Shown one piece after another: positions 15,225 through 28,791 of a stretch of DNA of 64,000 nt. Both the position numbers and the translations under genes were made by a program. Under the pieces are notes generated by a model. The model saw only the letters and a program-made list of their open reading frames with translations, did not search any database and was not told where the DNA came from. The DNA is taken from positions 53,878,001 to 53,942,000 of the forward strand of contig OZ024741.1 in the NCBI GenBank assembly GCA_964016885.1, read 5' to 3'. The stretch comes from Eledone cirrhosa (lineage: Eukaryota). Numbering within the stretch: the stretch's first letter is position 1; every line of letters starts with the position of its first letter.

Positions 15225-15442
15225 AATATATGATCAACCGTCCGGTCGTGGAACCAACCAACCGGAAATTTTTTAATTTATAATTTAATTTATAATAAAT
15301 TGGAGTGAAAGCAACTGGTGCGTGTGTTTCTTATTGGCAACATGACCCTCCCAAAGTATAACAATATCGGTTTCAACACACGTTTTCAGATAAAGAATCT
15401 TGCTAAACAAATTCAGAAACGAAATATATATATATATATATT

Positions 15443-15513
<71 letters not shown>

Positions 15514-15514
15514 A

Positions 15515-15785
<271 letters not shown>

Positions 15786-15916
15786 TAGACAGCGTGTATT
15801 TTGTCTTTGGGAGGATTGGTGGATTTTCTAATCTACCAGTCTCTTCTTAGCGCTGAGGGAGACCATGACCATTCTATTAATGTCGATATAATTCTTATAT
15901 CGATATTATTTGGGCA

Positions 15917-16042
15917 TCCACTGATGAGTTTATAAGAGCCCGCTTGTGTATAAAACTATGGGTTATATACAAGTTTTTACATTACCTGGAAATTATTTAT
16001 CCCAAATTGTAGAAATCTCTTATAACGAAACGGCCGTCTGGA
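15917..16042 (+). ncRNA. Type I hammerhead ribozyme with ~78-nt loop II and palindromic stem III
   Basis: tcca-CTGATGA-gtttataagag...ctcttataac-GAAA-cggccg-TC-tgga. Perfect core; predicted cleavage after C16038. Lies in a ~420-bp segment between (TA)n tracts. Confidence 0.8.
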
Positions 16043-16225
16043 AGGAAAGAGATATTTATTTAATAATGTCTCATATAAAATAATACAACCAGCTATCCAC
16101 GAAATACTGATTAGTTAGCACCCCAAACACTAAATTGAGATAATACTTAGGTATATCCTAATGTTTGTTGAGTGAGATGGAGTTGGTCAGAGTATCTCTT
16201 AAGGCTTTCTCTGTTTATGTATTGA

Positions 16226-16275
<50 letters not shown>

Positions 16276-16676
16276 AGTGTGTGGGTGTGTGTGTGTGTGT
16301 GTGTGTGTTTGTGTGTGTGTATACATATATGGTTTCTGCCCGAATATGTACCCATGTACACATACATATGATATTGCAGGGTGTAAAATCAATAAGGATG
16401 ACAAGTCTGTTGGTAAAAAAAAAAACGATAAATATTTGCACGTATGTATGGGCGGATAATTCGTACTATATCCATATATGTGTGTGTATGCTTGAAACGG
16501 AATTAATAATAGACATGATAAAATGATAGGCTTCCTAACAAGACAACAAGGGTACGCGGAAATTCAAACTACATACACACACACACACACACACACACAG
16601 ATACATATATATATATAAATATACACACACACACAGACAAAGACATCCAACCACAGACACACACATATATATGCAC

Positions 16677-16711
<35 letters not shown>

Positions 16712-16996
16712 AACACATTCTCGTTACACTTCTATAGCAGCAAATAACATATTGTTCAATTAGTGCTCGTTCTTTTTTCTAATCCCATTGCTTTGTATGC
16801 GTGGGTGAGTGTGAGTGAAAAGAAGTGTAGGTATGTCTGCATAATATATATTATATATATATACAAATATATATATATATATATATATGTCTCTGTGTGT
16901 GTGTGTGTGTGTGTACATACATATATACATACGAATATACATCCTTCCATATATACATACATACATAAGTACGTTCATACATGTATGTCTGCATAA

Positions 16997-17066
<70 letters not shown>

Positions 17067-17379
17067 GAATATACACCCTTCCATATATACAAACATACAT
17101 ACATACATAAGTACGTACATACATATTTACATACATACATCTATATATACATACATAAATACACATACAGAAGTACGTACATACATATTACATACATACA
17201 CCCATATATATAAGCATCACTACGTACAAACGGTGAGCAATTTAAACGTGAATTTCTCTGTTTCTCCATCTTTGCATTCAAATACATATAAATGCACACT
17301 TACACAGAGAGAGAGAGATAATTACACATACACTAGCAGGCATATACACAGAGCTGTGTATATACACATACACTTGCAA

Positions 17380-17475
<96 letters not shown>

Positions 17476-17966
17476 CTGCAATACAAAGAACAAATTTCTC
17501 CTAATCCGAGGCAAGAATTCTATATTTATGCTAAGTAGTTGTGTCCATGGCATTTCCTATTGGGATTAATATCCGTTCTTCCGCAATAGATTCACTGCTC
17601 CGTTCCAGCAAGCCTAGCTTTCCTATAAATATGGCCATCTGTCATTTGTTTAATGCTTATGTACCTATATATATGCACACACATGTGTCTGTGTGTGTGT
17701 GTGTGTGTGTTTGTGTTTATATATAGTAGGAATCCGTAGATGAAAGATCAAGGAAAACAGTGCTCAATCTCTTGCAAGATTGCTTATTCAGTATATACAT
17801 TGTTTTACACACTTACATGTATATGTGACCATTATTTGTACGCATGCTCGATGAAGTAAAGGGCCAGTTTAAAAGTACTTCCTCTAATATACAGTGGTGG
17901 GTGGCCATAACTGGACCCAGAAACGTATGGTCGCACATACATTTTAAATGTATGAGATATTGTATA

Positions 17967-18006
<40 letters not shown>

Positions 18007-18220
18007 TAAGGTTTGTTGGTTCACCACTGGATAGAACTGGTCATTCCGTATGGTCAATCCTGGTGTAATATTGTGAAGAGTACTCAACGCAGTGCAGTTC
18101 ACCCATCTTTGTTTGTGTAGTTGGTGGTGCGAATACGGAGTTAACTATAAATGAAATAACAGGAGGCTGGACTGGTTTTTCGGACCCATGGCTTTTTACA
18201 TATTCCTTTCTTATATTCCA

Positions 18221-18278
18221 ATACCTGATGATATCACCGGATTCATATGGAACCCGGTCATTGAAATGATCATAGTAT
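18221..18278 (+). ncRNA. Type I hammerhead ribozyme (palindromic TGATCA stem III) in a (TA)n-flanked element
   Basis: atac-CTGATGA-tatcaccgg..ccggtcatt-GAAA-tgatca-TA-gtat. Enclosed by a 30-bp inverted repeat at 18147-18176 / 18301-18330. Confidence 0.7.
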
Positions 18279-18324
18279 AATAAACCTTTCAAGGATTTAC
18301 ACCAGTCCAGCCTCCTGTTATTTC

Positions 18325-18398
<74 letters not shown>

Positions 18399-18817
18399 GT
18401 GTGTATATGTATGTATACAAATTTGTATGTGGTACTGACCAAGCGGACTGTGTATACAACAATCTAATAAGTAAATGATAATGTAACAGGGTTCAAGTGA
18501 TCGGCGACATGGGTATCATTTCAAATGCGACTTGGCAGACTATAATGAAGTATACCAACAGTCATGATAACTGTGAAGAGCAGATGTAGATATTCATAAT
18601 TCATCTTACTCTGCATCTGCTATAATACATATTTCTCTGGCGTTCATATTTACGTAATGCAGTCATCACGCGATCACCAACACGAATTCACAAAACAGTA
18701 TGTTAGTTTATAATGTTCATATGTAATATTTCTAATTTAATACAGGCTATTGCTGATGGTACGGCTTTGATGTTTCTTCTTCCGTAGTCCGTGCCATTAT
18801 TGTCTCTGTATATATAA

Positions 18818-19007
18818 GGCGGTGGATTGGCAGTATCGGTAGAGGGTCGGACGCCATGCTTTCCAGCATAGTTACGTCCCTTTACGATCTGAGTTCAAAT
18901 CCGGCCGAGGTTGACTTTGCCTTTCATCCTTACGGGGTCGATAAAATAAAGTACCAGTAATGCACTGGATAATTGCTGGCCTTGTGCCTAAAGTAGAAAC
19001 AATTATT
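18818..19007 (+). mobile_element. tRNA-derived SINE family 1, full length
   Basis: A box TGGCAGTATCGG, B box GAGTTCAAATCC, central gcctttcatccttacggggtcgataaaataaagtaccag (resembles the Meta domain), tail agtagaaacaattatt. Confidence 0.9.
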
Positions 19008-19035
19008 GTATATATATATATATACAGTATATATA

Positions 19036-19084
<49 letters not shown>

Positions 19085-19089
19085 TTATT

Positions 19090-19545
19090 TATTAAAATAA
19101 CAGATTAAAGTTTAAGCAAAGAATCGCTGCTTTCACCCTTAACGGGATCTTCTGAAACTAACAAAGTCAATCTGTGAACGCAGAAGTGTATATTTAAAAA
19201 AACGTTGCAACCGGAAGAGGACAGGAAGACGATACTTTGGTTCGTGGAAACGTTCCCTGCCAAAGAACGGGAAAAACGAATATAATACGTCATTATTTGG
19301 AGCGGTGAAAACAAATTACACGCAAAGACAAAACCACGTTTATAGTATAAAAGAAGCCGTACACTAATATTCTATTAGGTGGTTCATAGAGACGTTATCA
19401 GGCAATGAACGAAAAAAAACGAAGATAATACGTCATATGTGGAGCAAGGAGAACAATTGCACGCAAAGACAAAACCACGTAAATGGTATAACTGAAGTCG
19501 TAGACTAAATTTCTAACTAGGAAACCGAATGATTCTCGGCTTCAT
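19090..19545 (-). mobile_element. (TA)n-flanked repeat with HHR-like motif (19109-19160) and internal tandem duplication
   Basis: Minus strand agttt-CAGAAGA-tccc-gtta-agggt-GAAA-gca..tgc-TT-aaact. 19238-19374 is repeated at 19381-19515. Related sequence at 20195-20428 and 31178-31287. Confidence 0.55.
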
Positions 19546-19564
19546 ATATATATATATATATATA

Positions 19565-21013
19565 CTAGCAGAGGTACCCGGCGTTGCTCGGATATTAAAT
19601 AGCAGTTGTGTATACGATTTATGTCAATATTTCAGTGCTGCTTCGAAAACTATACTTTTACAAAATCATCGGCGTTTTCCAAAAGGGGGCTCCTGACCCC
19701 AGGAGTCCCCTACCCAATATGTGCCAATTCTGAGAGTTAACATTCATCTGTAAGACTAAGGTAGCCCATGTGTCAAGTTTTGTGAAAATCGGTTGCGAAC
19801 TCCAGAAGTTATGACGTCTTGTTGCATTGCACTGCAGTGCTTCAGTCGACTCCAAGGAAGTGGTTAAAGGGGTTATCTGCCGGGGGGGGGGCATATAATC
19901 AATTTCTGGAAAAATGACAGTGCCCATGACCATCCGGAGTACATAAGTAACCTATGTCTTAAGTTTGGTGAAAATACTGTCGAAATGCATTAGATTTATA
20001 CATACGTGCGTGCGTTCGTGTGTGTGTGTGTTTGTGTCTGTGGGGGGGTATGTATTTGTGAGTGCGTATGTATGTGTATGTCTGTCGGGGCATACGTATG
20101 TACTGGCCTAAATCTTCACTATTTACTTTTACTGTTTTAATAACCTCTGTCATTTTCGTTTTCAATTTTATTTACATCATTCTTAAACTCCGGGGCTGGA
20201 AATCATTCTGTTATTTTAAATAGAATATTAGTCTAACGACTCCATTTATACCATAAACTTGGTCTTGTCTTTGCATGAAATTGTTCTTCACGCCCCACAT
20301 AACGACGTATTATCCTCGCTTTTTTTCCGTTCATTGCCAGGGAACGTCTTCACGAACCAAAATATCGTCTTCCTGTTTTCGTTCGGTTGCAACGTTTCTC
20401 GAAATATTTACTTCTGCGTTCACAGATTACTCTCAGTTCAAATTGAATGGGAAATTCCTGTTTCATCAATTTTTCCGTAACCATGGAAGCTTGTAGTAGC
20501 CAAAAGTTTATTAACAGCGAAATAACGTTGTCTTTGATATGTTATTTTAAATAAGACAATGAATCGAAAAATACTACTTACTATTAGTGGTGGTTAACAT
20601 GTATTAGAAATAAAATGAAAATGATTTCTGAAAAAACGTACTTGAGAACAGGACTCCCTTCTTCGCATTTTAAGGGTTTTATATCTTTTGATGGAAAACA
20701 GTGACCGTTTTCGGATTGGCATTTCGTAAAATGGTACTATATGTTAACAGCGAAAGAAAGCTGCGAAAGAACGCAGCGAAATAAATTGATGAGTTAGTAT
20801 TAGAACAGGGGGAAATAACTCACCGAACGCGATAGTTTTGGGGCCCCAGGGACTACATTTTTCAAGTTAGAGATTTAAAACCTCATCTATTTGATTCCTT
20901 GGCACTTTTTACATAGGCGTGTAAATTTCCATGTCCGTCCGACCACGTCTACTACCATTTAACCGTGCACATCTGAATTTCAACCACCGCCCATTTCACA
21001 AATATATATTAGA
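19565..21013 (-). mobile_element. Non-autonomous Helitron
   Basis: Minus strand A|TC...ccgagcaacgccgggtacctctgCTAG|T: 3' CTAG, subterminal hairpin, AT target. Same 3' end as the 41088 element. The 5' boundary is less certain. Confidence 0.65.
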
Positions 21014-21039
21014 TATATATATATATATATACTTCTTCT

Positions 21040-21620
21040 TCGTACACTTATTCCTGGGGATATATGATTATAATGACTAATATAGGTGAGAAATTCTTAG
21101 ACCATATTGATAAGCACAAGATGGATAAACTAAAATCTTCAATCGATGTTCAGTGAGAATTTCCTATTCTTGCGCGCTATCCATGGGATCCAAAATGATT
21201 GCTAAAAACAAGCCAAATGAGAATCCGGGATGCTCTTGCAGGAAGACAGACGACTGTCCATTAGAGCAAAACTATAATGTAAGGTTCATAATATACGAAG
21301 CAGAGATCCAATAACAAACGCCACAACCCAGGTTCCCGTGAAAAATATGTAGGCATGTTCCAGGACTAATTTAAGCAAAGGTTCTACTTTCACTTCTCAT
21401 TTAGGCATCACTATATGAAAAACCACCACAGTGCTGGAAAAATTGTCTGACAACTAAAAGTAAAATAGCGCATGAAAGTGCTCGAAGATTCACGCCGTAC
21501 AGAAACGGAAGGAAGAGATGCCCCTCTGCTTCAGCGATCTGTATGATCTTACAGTGTGATACTCACGGGAGACATGCCTAAACTCCCCAACAGAAGTAGT
21601 CTTCAGACATTGCTTTTATC
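21040..21620 (+). pseudogene. PLE linker + GIY-YIG endonuclease fragment
   Basis: TNIGEKFLDHIDKH..KIFNRCSVRISYSC; CSCRKTDDCPL..FIIYEAEI; KYVGM..FKQRF; PYRNGRKRC. Frameshifted. Confidence 0.8.
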
Positions 21621-21727
21621 CAACTGGTAGCCTGCACAGCAAGGTGATCTCACACCAGACCTGCTAAATCCCCCATGAGACTATGCCCCTCTACTAACTT
21701 TCAACGAGCACACCACGCCCACATTAA

Positions 21728-21817
21728 ATAATAGTTTCTACTTTTGGCACAAGGCCAGCAGTTATCCAAGTGTATTAGTGGTACTTTATTTTATCGACCC
21801 TGTAAGGATGAAAGGCA
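21728..21817 (-). mobile_element. SINE family 1, 3' half
   Basis: tttctacttttggcacaaggccagc...ttttatcgaccctgtaaggatgaaaggcaa. Confidence 0.8.
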
Positions 21818-22503
21818 ATGGCTTATTGAAATAAGACGTAGTATTACAATATTACATTGCAGCCTAACTATCGGTAAATTGTTTGTTTAAAATTACGAGG
21901 GCTAAAAGACGATTACAATTTGTATATATATTTATATATATAATAGTAGAACACTGGAGGGTTTTATCCGTAGTAGTAGAAAACTCAGTCGATGGGACGA
22001 ACTCCCGGTATGGTGAACTAACTATTGTGGAACTACTGTATATATCTATATCTCTCACTCTCTCTCTCTATATATATATATAAAGAGGGAAAGAGAGAGA
22101 GGAGGGGCGGAGGGAGGGAGATGGAGATTATTCTTCTGTGGGCGGTTAAGTTGGGAAATAATTCAATTATGGTGTCCTGAAAGGCGAAAATAGAGAATAG
22201 ATTATCTGTCAATATGAAACAAGTGTTCAACATATCTCAATCATTGACAAAGTCACAGGGTGTTACGAAAATACTAGGCTGAAAAGATTAATCATATGAT
22301 TGAACAACTGATTATCTAATTGATATATAATAAGAAATACAACAAAACACGTGTTTTTGACTGGCTGTATGAATTCCCACGTAACCGTAATATCTTTCAA
22401 AACTCGATTTTATGTTAGAAATTTTGATAAACAAGCCCCAAAACGAACCATATATTCATACACAGAGACAGACACACACTTATACCTATTTATATATACA
22501 CAC

Positions 22504-22577
<74 letters not shown>

Positions 22578-22690
22578 ATATTTATATATATATACATACA
22601 TACATATATACTGTACATATACTTATATATACATACGTACTTACATTCATAAATACGTATACACAGGCGCGCGCACATATATATGCACGT

Positions 22691-22733
<43 letters not shown>

Positions 22734-22969
22734 CAAACATAAATACATACATACTTACATACATACATACATACATATACAGCAGCATGAGGAAGGCAAC
22801 ATCTTTAAAGTGTCACAAAAAATTATAATCCATATAGAAAAGAGTGTCTCGATATTTTCTATAATAATGAAAGAATCCCATCAACTATTGGAAATCCAAG
22901 CCTTAGAATTGTTAATACTGATAATAAAGAGACGCCTGCCATCCTCCCTTTTTCTCTCTCCCTCCCTCT

Positions 22970-23125
<156 letters not shown>

Positions 23126-23469
23126 TTACCCCTCTCTTTCTCTATCTCTCTTGCATTTTCTCTGTCACTCACCATTATACTCTCTGTTTCTCTATGTCAT
23201 CAAACTCCATATCTCTAAACTGCATCTCTCTATATAACTCCTGCGATCTCTCAATACTGCTCCTGTACACTTAACTCTCTACCATTCTCGCATTCTCCTC
23301 TTCATCTCTCTCATTTCCCTACTATTCTCATAAATTCGCAGAAGCTGATATGCACAGACATTAAATCTTTATTGCTGTATAGATACAGATATGTCATATA
23401 ATTCTCACAAATCCCTTCGCATGCATATATATGTATATATATATATATATATGTGTGTGTGTGCGTGTG

Positions 23470-23554
<85 letters not shown>

Positions 23555-23561
23555 ACACACG

Positions 23562-23637
<76 letters not shown>

Positions 23638-23832
23638 TATACATACATACATGCATATTGAGAGGCTAGTTATGATTACAAGCCATTCTCAATTAAAGAA
23701 CTCATACATAATAATACTGATGATAATGATCATTATTATTTATATTATTATTTTAAAAACATTTATATATATATATATATGCATACAAAGAAATATACAT
23801 ACGTACATGCATACATGTAAATATATGTATGA

Positions 23833-23884
<52 letters not shown>

Positions 23885-24109
23885 GCGGCTATACATGGAG
23901 ACTTAATAGCTGAGTCCACATTTAGGTGATTACAAATTCACTATACTGCGGATACACATTTCTAACTTTCTGAAATCCTTAATCATGCAAGCAATGCCAA
24001 TAATGTTTACAGATATACCTATATATATGCATGTGTATATAAAAATATATATATATATATATATATATACATACACACACACACATATGTGTGTGAGTGT
24101 GTTTATGCG

Positions 24110-24160
<51 letters not shown>

Positions 24161-24229
24161 TAAATAACTAATAAGCTCTGTAACCTACATAGAGCTCACT
24201 TTTTTCCTGTACCTTTCCGACGGAAATAC

Positions 24230-24322
<93 letters not shown>

Positions 24323-24481
24323 TTATATATATATTTATTTATTTATTTATTTATATATATATATATATGTATATTGTTATAAATAATAAATAAATATATA
24401 TATAAATAAATATAAATATATATAGATAGATACATGTATATATATACATGCATGTATTTGTTCACACACACATTTGTGTCT

Positions 24482-24525
<44 letters not shown>

Positions 24526-24529
24526 GTCA

Positions 24530-24575
<46 letters not shown>

Positions 24576-25230
24576 TCATATACATGTACATACATATGTA
24601 TATATGTATCTGTGTTTATATGTGTTTATGTGAGAGAAAGACATGGAGAGAGAGTGAGGTAGAGAGTGATAGAGAGCGAGAAAGGAAGAGAGTGAGGAAG
24701 AAAGAGAGGAAATGGTGAATGAGAGAGAAGGTTGAGAGTTAGACTCTGCGTGTAGCGAGGGTAGTGCTGAGATTAATACACAAAGCAGAATTCTGAAATG
24801 AATGAATGTAGCTAGATAAACAATGAAATCCCAAAGATCAGAAACGGACAGAGAGAAATATAGAGAGAGAAACGCATACACATATATACGGATACACAGA
24901 AACACACACACGCAGACACAGAAACACACACACACACGAAGACAGAGAAAAACGCACACAATCAGACACAGAAACACACACACGCAGGCACAGAAACACA
25001 CATATGCAGTCACAGATACATAATTTCTCATACACAGAAACACAGAAACACAGAAACACAGAAACACAGAAACACAGAAACACACACACACGCAGTCACA
25101 GATACATATATACATAGAATCATGCAAATAAACGCACACGCACCACAACGACATATAACGAAACATATACGAAAATAAATAGGAAAGAAAATGACTCATA
25201 CACACATTCACACACACACACGCACACATA

Positions 25231-25291
<61 letters not shown>

Positions 25292-25609
25292 GTCTATAAA
25301 CATACTTGTAGACTCATATATACGTAAACACACACACTCATATACACAGAAACATACAGAGAAACATGCATCGAAACACCTACGCAAAGAAAAATATAAA
25401 GAAGCACATACACAGAGAAACACACGCACACACACACACATACACACTCACATACAGACACACATACAAACGCACACACACACACACAAACATACAAAGA
25501 CGCAACCTACATACACACACACAAACACACACACACACACACACACATTCACATACAGACACACATACAAACTCACACACAAACACACAAACATACAAAG
25601 ACGCAACCT

Positions 25610-25675
<66 letters not shown>

Positions 25676-25930
25676 ACGCACATTCACACAATCAAACAAA
25701 ATGTAATAACTTTAACAAAAGAGTATTTAAAAATATGAAGTTAATCAGGTTTTATTCATTCTTTTAATATAGAATGTTAAGAGTACCAGTAATTGTATAA
25801 GGTAACACCAACAACTGCCGCCAATTGCCGTTTCATTCTCTAACCTTACATCACAAACAGCAACAGACCCAGCTGCTACACAACACCACATAACATATAC
25901 CACCTTCAAACCTCTCAACGTTTGCCGCAC

Positions 25931-26230
25931 ACAACACATAAATATGTACACTACACTAAACACGTCACTTCCACAACCCAATACTCATTCACCATACAAC
26001 ACATAAATATATACACTACACTAAACACGTCACTTCCACAACCCAATACTCATTCACCATACAACACATAAATATATACACTACACTAAACACGTCACTT
26101 CCACAACCCAATACTCATTCACCACACATTTACACCACACAACACATAAATATATACACTACACTAAACACGTCACTTCCACAACCCAATACTCATTCAC
26201 CACACAACATTTACACCACACAACATTGTC
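25931..26230. repeat. 65-bp minisatellite, ~4 copies
   Basis: Unit caacacataaatatatacactacactaaacacgtcacttccacaacccaatactcattcaccata starts at 25932, 25997, 26062 and 26140. Confidence 0.9.
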
Positions 26231-26499
26231 AATACAGATTCCACACAGCACATTCTAAACTTAATACGTAACATAGCCTATAGGCCACACTATGTACATG
26301 TCATAACTTCATAGTACACACGTATCACCTTCACCATGCGCTATACTTAGCTCCACACCAGGATACACTATACACACCACATGAATCTCGCAACATTCAC
26401 AGTAGTATACACGCCACAGAAACCACAGAAACAAACAATACACATACACCACAGCATACACACCCCTCCTTCCATTGGAAATAGAAGGGGCAGAAAATG

Positions 26500-26529
26500 A
26501 AGAAGAAAGAAAGAAAGAAAGAAAGAAAA

Positions 26530-26617
<88 letters not shown>

Positions 26618-26622
26618 AATAA

Positions 26623-26672
<50 letters not shown>
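26500..26672. repeat. (GAAA)n and (GA)n microsatellites
   Basis: Directly visible. Confidence 0.9.
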
Positions 26673-26675
<3 letters not shown>

Positions 26676-26989
26676 AAGTACGAAAGAAAAGAACAGCAAG
26701 TTGCGTAGAAATCAACGAATGCAAATGAAATGTGGACGAAAATGAAAAAAAGTTACGTAAAGAAAATAAAAACAAAGATGGCCGATCATTAGAAATTATA
26801 TATCGTCTGCTACAGTGGAAAATTATGGAAGGAGCGAATTATGGAAATAATGATTGCATGAGAAATGGTAATGTAAAAGATAAGATGTGTTTGCGAAGCG
26901 ATTTCAGGATCGATAGCAATGGTGTGGAGTGAAGGTATTGCACGATCGATATTCTTGTTATGACATGATGTGATCGAATATAACGTGGG

Positions 26990-27046
<57 letters not shown>

Positions 27047-27101
27047 ATGTGTGTGTGTGTGTGTGCGTGTGTGTGTGTGTGTGTATTATATATATATATG
27101 T

Positions 27102-27382
<281 letters not shown>

Positions 27383-27404
27383 AGAGAGAGAGAGAGAGAG
27401 AGGA

Positions 27405-27463
<59 letters not shown>

Positions 27464-27655
27464 GAGAGGAGAATTGTGTGGCAAGAACAAAAAATTCCGT
27501 GGTTGTCAGCCATCATTGAAATGGACATATATATTTCTGACCTCTACGACGGTACGACTGATTTATCTTGTGTCACTCTGTCTTACAAAATAGAGAAACA
27601 CTGTCGTTCGAATAATAAGACAAAAACAAAACAAAACACATATTACGTGTACATA

Positions 27656-28402
27656 CGAGATGTGTCAGAAAAGTTCCAGGACTGATGTCACAAAAGATTT
27701 ATTTCAAACCCAAACTTCACACTTTGAGTTTTCTCCTTCAAAGTAATCCCCCTGGTGTATGTAACTGTAATCTTAGCTCTCTGCAGCGATCAAACTTTTT
27801 CTTCATAATTTTATATACATGTCCTCTGTTTCAGGTCGTCAAGCAATGAGCACAGAGCAACGAACAAACTTGAAACTCCGTCAGAAGCACTGGGATTGCT
27901 GCAGCAAGTGTATGGAGATGAGACGATGTCAGGAGAGGACATGTAAGATGACCCCAGGAGCGTAAGGCCCTCAACAACCAGGACTGAGGTCAACGTTGAG
28001 CGTGTCAGGCAGATGTTGCTTCGCGATCATCGACTGACTGTTCGACTGATAGCAAATGAGCTGGGCATGAGTCGGGACAGCGTCTGGAAGATTCTCACTG
28101 AAGATTTGGACATGCGGAAAGTCTGCCCGAAGATGGTGCCAAAACTGCTGAACGATGACCAGAAGGGTCAACGTATGCAAGTGTGCCAGGACATCCTCGA
28201 ATGTCTTTAAACCGAACCGAACCGAACTGCGGAGAATCCAGGAAGAATCCATCCAGGAGTGCATGCAAGCGTGGCAGAAAAGGATGGAAAAGTGCATTAG
28301 ACTCCAACGGGGTTACTTTGAAGGAGAAAACTCTTAGTGTGAAGTTTGGGTTTGAAATAAATTTTTTGTGAATCAGTCCTGGAACTTTTCTGACACACCT
28401 CA
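27656..28402 (+). mobile_element. Internally deleted mariner (Tc1/mariner) DNA transposon
   Basis: ~95-bp terminal inverted repeats (cgagatgtgtcagaaaagttccaggactga.. / ..tcagtcctggaacttttctgacacacctc); TA at the left end; transposase remnants inside. Confidence 0.9.
27870..28337 (+). pseudogene. Mariner transposase remnant: HTH region joined to C-terminus, catalytic domain deleted
   Basis: LQQVYGDETMS; DDPRSVRPST; DHRLTVRLIANELGMS..ILTEDLDMRKVCPKMVPKLL (WVPxxL motif); WQKRMEKCIRLQRGYFEG. Confidence 0.9.
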
Positions 28403-28484
28403 GTCATACCCAGACATAGACAAATAAACAGTCAGACAGATACACACACTCACATATACATATATATATATGTATGTATTATTG

Positions 28485-28697
28485 GAACGATCGACTTTCG
28501 TCAAATCGGACCGAGGAAACAACGTTTCCGTTGGTCTTTCCACTTGCTAATACTATCTATCTGTCGCAACTCCAGGTAGAAGAAGCAACGTGAAATAAAG
28601 TGTCTTGCTCAAGGACATAACCCATCGCCCGGTGCAAGAATCGAACTGCCGACCTCACGATTGTGAATCGAGTTCTCTAACCAATCAGCCACACGCC
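28485..28697 (-). mobile_element. tRNA-derived SINE family 2
   Basis: Minus strand ggcgtgtggctgattggttagag (A box), gttcgattc (B box), gtccttgagcaagacactttatttcac core. Confidence 0.8.
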
Positions 28698-28725
28698 CTC
28701 ATATATATAAATATATATGTGTGTG

Positions 28726-28791
<66 letters not shown>

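Larger units (their letters stand above)
12959..15422 (+). mobile_element. Penelope-like retroelement (Neptune-like) with ~395-bp inverted pseudo-LTRs, inserted in (TA)n
   Basis: 12959-13356 is the reverse complement of 15030-15422. Disrupted RT + GIY-YIG ORF lies between them. HHR in each repeat. (TA)n on both sides. Confidence 0.9.

Noticed and set aside
18818-18905. A and B boxes suggesting tRNA genes in SINE heads
   Set aside because: No complete cloverleaf; they continue into the SINE body and occur in many dispersed copies.
25931-26230. Regularly spaced repeats (also 41393-41558) as a CRISPR array
   Set aside because: Head-to-tail minisatellites with no unique spacers, no cas genes, and eukaryotic context.
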